A DNA stretch of 64,000 nucleotides from an uncultured Desulfobacterales bacterium (lineage in GTDB: Bacteria; Desulfobacterota; DSM-4660; Desulfatiglandales; HGW-15): NCBI GenBank assembly GCA_964443135.1, contig CAYUBQ010000001.1, positions 96,719 to 160,718 of the forward strand. Reading direction: 5' to 3'. Below the pieces are notes generated by a model that searched no databases, was not told the DNA's origin, and was given only the letters and a program-made list of their open reading frames with translations. Shown piece after piece: positions 60,476 to 64,000 of the stretch (position 1 is its first letter; each line of letters begins with the position of its first letter). The position numbers and the translations under genes were made by a program.

Positions 60476-60946
60476 TTACCGCCTGGAATTCGCAGCCGAA
60501 TGTATGGCATGGATGATCTGGACATACCCCGTGCAGCGACAGAGGTTTCCGGAGATGGCCATTTTTATATCGCTCTCGGACGGGTTGGGCTTTTTTAGCA
60601 AAAATGCGTAGGAAGATAGAATCATTCCCGGCGTGCAATAGCCGCACTGAACCGCCCCCTGTTTTATGAAAGCCTCTTGAATTGGATCCAGTGTATCTTG
60701 CTGTCCTATACCTTCGATGGTTGTTATTTCTTTCCCATCCGCTTGAACCGCCAGGAGAAGGCATGAATTCACGGGCTCTCCATCGACCAGAACGGTGCAG
60801 GCCCCGCAGTCACCCTTGTCACAACCCTTCTTGCTGCCGGTGAGCTTGAGCTCTTCGCGAATCACGTCCAGGAGGCTTTTCTCCGATGGAACCTCAAGAA
60901 AATGCGTTTTTCCGTTCACAATAAGCCTGATTTTATGTAGAGACAT
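60476..60946 (-). CDS. (2Fe-2S)-binding small subunit of the XDH-family enzyme
   Basis: ..GSKKGCDKGDCGACTVLVDGEPVNSCL.. and ..QCGYCTPGM...LCRCTGY. Confidence 0.95.
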   Translation of the reverse strand: MSLHKIRLIVNGKTHFLEVPSEKSLLDVIREELKLTGSKKGCDKGDCGACTVLVDGEPVNSCLLLAVQADGKEITTIEGIGQQDTLDPIQEAFIKQGAVQCGYCTPGMILSSYAFLLKKPNPSESDIKMAISGNLCRCTGYVQIIHAIHSAANSRR

Positions 60947-60968
60947 GATACGACAAACCCCTGTTCAG

Positions 60969-61823
60969 TTAGGCACAAATGTTATGAAGCAATTTATATG
61001 TCCAAGCCTCGACAAGAAGCCTCCGTCCGGACTCGGTGCCCCGAATGTCAGTAATCGGGTGACATTCACGCCCGGCCAGCCTTGCGGCCTCCCTCAGGAT
61101 TTCCCCGGTACACGGTTTCCCTCTCAAAAAAGCCTCTGTCTCCACTGCCCTGAATGCTACAGGAGCAACGGCACCAAGGACGATACTCAAGTCATCTACA
61201 GTACCGTCGCTGCTCTTCTTCACCCAGCCCGCGAGATTAACCACGCTTATAGCCAGGGCCCTCCTTCGTCCAACCTTAAAAAAACAATTCCTGCAGCTAC
61301 GACCCAACTTGGGCACATCAATCGCCGTTAATGCTTCGTCTTCTCTGATTCCCGTTTGTCCCGGCCCTTTCATAAAATCGCTCACAAATACGTCGCGCTC
61401 ACCATACGAATTCTTCAGTCTGATCTTCGCCCCGCCGGCCATAAGTGCGGGAACTGTGTCAGCCGCAGGCGACGCGCTCATGATATTACCGCCTATGGTG
61501 GCCCGGTTGCGAATCTGAGGCGAACCCAGCAGATTGGCTGCCATCGATAGAAAGGGCACAGAATCCGTGATGATCTCTGATTCAGCAATCTCCCTGATTC
61601 TGGTTCGGGCCCCTATGCGAACATAATTGCCCTTATCTTCAATCCCAGCCAGTTCCTGGATTTCGTTCACGTCAAAAAGGACCCGGTATGACTTTATGCC
61701 CCCGCGAATTCTTACCAGCAGGTCAGTTCCGCCAGCCAGAATCGTGCCCGACGACTTGGCGTTTGAGAGCTCCTGGATCAATTGTTCTAGTGAAGCAGGT
61801 TTCAAGTAGTCAAACTTAGGCAT
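60969..61823 (-). CDS. FAD-binding medium subunit of the XDH-family enzyme (CoxM-like)
   Basis: ATG at 61823 (MPKFDYLKPASLEQLIQEL...ILAGGTDLLVRIR...ATIGGNI). Confidence 0.9.
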   Translation of the reverse strand: MPKFDYLKPASLEQLIQELSNAKSSGTILAGGTDLLVRIRGGIKSYRVLFDVNEIQELAGIEDKGNYVRIGARTRIREIAESEIITDSVPFLSMAANLLGSPQIRNRATIGGNIMSASPAADTVPALMAGGAKIRLKNSYGERDVFVSDFMKGPGQTGIREDEALTAIDVPKLGRSCRNCFFKVGRRRALAISVVNLAGWVKKSSDGTVDDLSIVLGAVAPVAFRAVETEAFLRGKPCTGEILREAARLAGRECHPITDIRGTESGRRLLVEAWTYKLLHNICA

Positions 61824-61840
61824 AACACCCCATTTCATGT

Positions 61841-61959
61841 TTGACGGCTTCGCAGAAAGCCCTTCAGCCGCGACGCTTAAGACCTTAACCCCAAAACTTT
61901 CTGCGGGCCGTCGTTTTTCTCAGCCCAGCCGGATCCAGAATGCCGGCGGACTCAAGCAG
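61841..61959 (+). repeat. Diverged copy (J) of the inverted-repeat element
   Basis: TTGACGGCTTCGCAGAAAGCCCTTCAGCCGCGACGC.. closely parallels the left third of copy H and the consensus. The right end (..CGGACTCAAGCAG) is only loosely similar, and the CAGATCTC core is absent. Confidence 0.5.
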
Positions 61960-61965
61960 TACTAA

Positions 61966-62781
61966 TTAAAACTCCGCAAAATCTCCAGGTATGTCTTTAA
62001 CTTTTATTAGATCCTGTTCGTGGGACGGTAAAACCTTGTTCCCGAACATATTTAAAAGTTTCATGCTGCTTTCATAAGCCTTGACGGAGTCAGTATGAAC
62101 TGTTGCGGGAATAATTGGATATCCGATAGACTCCTGAGTTTCCTTTGGTGGATAAAAATTGTGTTTGATTCCACAATATCCGGTTACTGCATACCAGCCG
62201 TTTTCTGTATTTACCGCTACTGTCTGCCCACCGTCGGTGTGACCAGGAGTCAAGATAAGGCGTATACCAGGAAACAATTCTACATCTCCATCAACAAACT
62301 CAACATTGCGCATCTGCTCATAGTACCAGCGCGGCGCGAATGCAAAATCCATAATTTGATGATGATTATAGGCGCCTTTCCATTCTTTATCCTGAACGAT
62401 TATTTTTGCATTTTTACATTTTTCAGCACCCATAATGTGATCCCAATGAAGATGGGTCATGATAATAATGTCAATATCCTCAGTTTTCAAACCCCATTGT
62501 GCCAGCCCGTCTTCAAATGAAGTAACGTCCTCCACATCTTTGAATTTTTCCCCCCCGGCAATAAAACCCTCTTCAGATTCGCCTTTGATAACTCGATAAT
62601 AATCAAGTGCACTGCAGCCAGCATCAATAAGTATGTTCTTCTCAGATCCTTCAATGTACCAAATAATATATGGGATATCAACTTTTTGGCCATAAAAATT
62701 AAGATAAGTAAATCTTGATTTTTCGCGCGCCGGACCCATTGCATTGGTAAATAGCTTCAATCGATAGGTATTTTGATTCAT
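61966..62781 (-). CDS. MBL-fold metallo-hydrolase (lactonase-like)
   Basis: ..IIMTHLHWDHIMG is the HxHxDH motif. ..PGHTDG.. follows. 271 aa. Confidence 0.85.
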   Translation of the reverse strand: MNQNTYRLKLFTNAMGPAREKSRFTYLNFYGQKVDIPYIIWYIEGSEKNILIDAGCSALDYYRVIKGESEEGFIAGGEKFKDVEDVTSFEDGLAQWGLKTEDIDIIIMTHLHWDHIMGAEKCKNAKIIVQDKEWKGAYNHHQIMDFAFAPRWYYEQMRNVEFVDGDVELFPGIRLILTPGHTDGGQTVAVNTENGWYAVTGYCGIKHNFYPPKETQESIGYPIIPATVHTDSVKAYESSMKLLNMFGNKVLPSHEQDLIKVKDIPGDFAEF

Positions 62782-62897
62782 TTCAATCTTCCTCCTGTTA
62801 CTAAATTAATTTATGGGCACCACTCCTGGTTTCAGTTTTTTGGGTCGTGATTCAATGCAACAGGTAACGAAACCCGGATTCATGGAATCAGCCCAAA

Positions 62898-63000
62898 TAT
62901 GACGGGGTCGCAAAATGCCTCATGCCTTGAGATCTGACTTATGTTACAATAGGATGAGGCCATTCAGCGGCGGCTAAGAGGGCATTGCGAAGCCGTCAAA
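62898..63000 (-). repeat. Copy H of the inverted-repeat element (AT-richer subfamily)
   Basis: Plus strand reads TATGACGGGGTCGCAAAATGCCTCATGCCTTGAGATCTGACTTATG...CAGCGGCGGCTAAGAGGGCATTGCGAAGCCGTCAAA, the reverse complement of the consensus layout including the GAGATCTG core. Confidence 0.8.
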
Positions 63001-63052
63001 TATGGTTATTAATTGTATCATCGTGTAGAAGATCATATTATATTTCGAAGTA

Positions 63053-64000
63053 TTAGGTTTTACATAAAAGTCCGGTTAGAATTGAAATATCATCGATATT
63101 TTCAATATTATTTACAGTATCAATGATTTGATTGATTCTGCTTTGATGCAAGGTTGAAGACGCCAGCGCTGTAAATTTGTCTACTAATTCGCCTTCGGTG
63201 AAGGGATTATTGGGAGTGCCTTTTGAATGCGTAATACTTTCATGAAATACACGGCCATCCAACGTCTTAACAACAACCTCCGTGGGGATTTTTAAGCCTT
63301 TCTCATTGTTAAAAATCTGTTCGGCCGCCGGATCGACATCCATCGTCACTCTATCGGCAATGGATCTGGCCTGTTGGTTTTTGAATATGTTTTCTTCGCT
63401 CATCCACTCAGGCCCGGGGTTCTTCCCTAATGCCACCATGGAAAACGCATGCGGCAAACTGAACTGGGCGTCATACATTGTTTCCATTCGCGGGCTCGCA
63501 AGGAAGTCCACGGCCCTCTTTAATGTCTTAACGCGGATCGAATCCAAAATATCGGCACTCAGTTGATTTTCCTCGACTATTTTACTGAAAGCATCGACAC
63601 TCGAATGCCCCCATGTGCAGAGCGGGTAGGGCTTGTATTTGGTATCAAGGATATTGTACTTCTCTCCAAGCCCTTCTGATAACTTTTCAAAATCATGGAA
63701 ATCCGACCCCATGATGGCCCAAAACCCGGCATCACCATCAAAGATTTCAGCCGCGCCCCGCGCACCGGTTTTTGCCATCTGGGTCCAGAAAACTCCCGTA
63801 AAAGTCGTCCACCCGAATACGTTTTTTGAGAAACCCATGGGCCGTTCAACGAATTTCTGCATATCAATCGGTACGGGGGGTACCGTTCCGGCCAGATTGT
63901 ATGCATGATAGAGTTCTTCACGCCCCAGCCCCGACAGCACACCGGTCACCGTAACCGCATTGAAGACCTGCCAGGTGGAAGGGAAATAGGTCCTGGCCTT
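63053..64000 (-). CDS. MmgE/PrpD-family protein (2-methylcitrate-dehydratase-like), C-terminal part; gene continues beyond the right edge
   Basis: The frame stays open to base 64000 (..KARTYFPSTWQVFNAVTVTGVLSG..). ..YKPYPLCTWGHSSVDA.. and ..DAQFSLPHAFSMVAL.. are PrpD-family motifs. Confidence 0.8.
   Translation of the reverse strand, partial: KARTYFPSTWQVFNAVTVTGVLSGLGREELYHAYNLAGTVPPVPIDMQKFVERPMGFSKNVFGWTTFTGVFWTQMAKTGARGAAEIFDGDAGFWAIMGSDFHDFEKLSEGLGEKYNILDTKYKPYPLCTWGHSSVDAFSKIVEENQLSADILDSIRVKTLKRAVDFLASPRMETMYDAQFSLPHAFSMVALGKNPGPEWMSEENIFKNQQARSIADRVTMDVDPAAEQIFNNEKGLKIPTEVVVKTLDGRVFHESITHSKGTPNNPFTEGELVDKFTALASSTLHQSRINQIIDTVNNIENIDDISILTGLLCKT

Overview
The first ~43 kb of this bacterial window is very GC-rich. 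For example, the 60-nt line starting at 24001 has 45/60 G+C. The last ~21 kb (about 42.8-64 kb) is much more AT-rich: the line starting at 49101 has 19/60 G+C. Two transposase genes sit next to each other inside the AT-rich part.

All family calls come from motifs I recognise in the supplied translations. No database search was run. I found no rRNA, tRNA or CRISPR array.

GC-rich part, in order:
- a ~1050-aa PEP-utilising (dikinase-like) enzyme with an unusual C-terminus
- ettA
- CBS / DUF47 / PiT phosphate-transporter genes
- a translationally coupled trio: hydantoinase-like, HDAC-like and AIR-synthase-like
- a methyltransferase
- a decayed, repeat-rich hotspot at 12.3-14.6 kb
- a radical-SAM protein with a twin-arginine signal, coupled to a membrane-fused spermidine-synthase-like protein
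- hicAB and vapBC toxin-antitoxin pairs
- a long minus-strand run: YbaN-like, a secreted TPR protein, a secreted hypothetical, a Pif1-like helicase, a 4-OT tautomerase, ybaK, a patatin with a membrane insertion, an M15 peptidase and cfa
- a PocR/PAS sensor with an H-box but no ATPase domain
- a CMD-family gene plus a tungsten-type aldehyde:ferredoxin oxidoreductase (AOR)
- an SDR flanked by an intact and a decayed LysE gene
- a class II photolyase

AT-rich part: a catabolic-looking, co-directional gene string.
- PrpD-like (partial) and an MBL hydrolase
- a three-subunit xanthine-dehydrogenase-family enzyme, a small Cys protein and RidA
- a Liv-type ABC transporter
- an Fe-alcohol dehydrogenase
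- a decayed TRAP permease
- UbiD, a MoaD-like protein and a second AOR
- a citrate-synthase-like gene

The most unusual signal is a ~105-110 nt terminal-inverted-repeat element present in at least 10 copies. Its internal stem is maintained by compensatory substitutions. Copies repeatedly bracket AT-rich single genes or toxin-antitoxin modules.

Many very long ORFs in the track are antisense or out-of-frame shadow ORFs typical of GC-rich DNA, and I rejected them.
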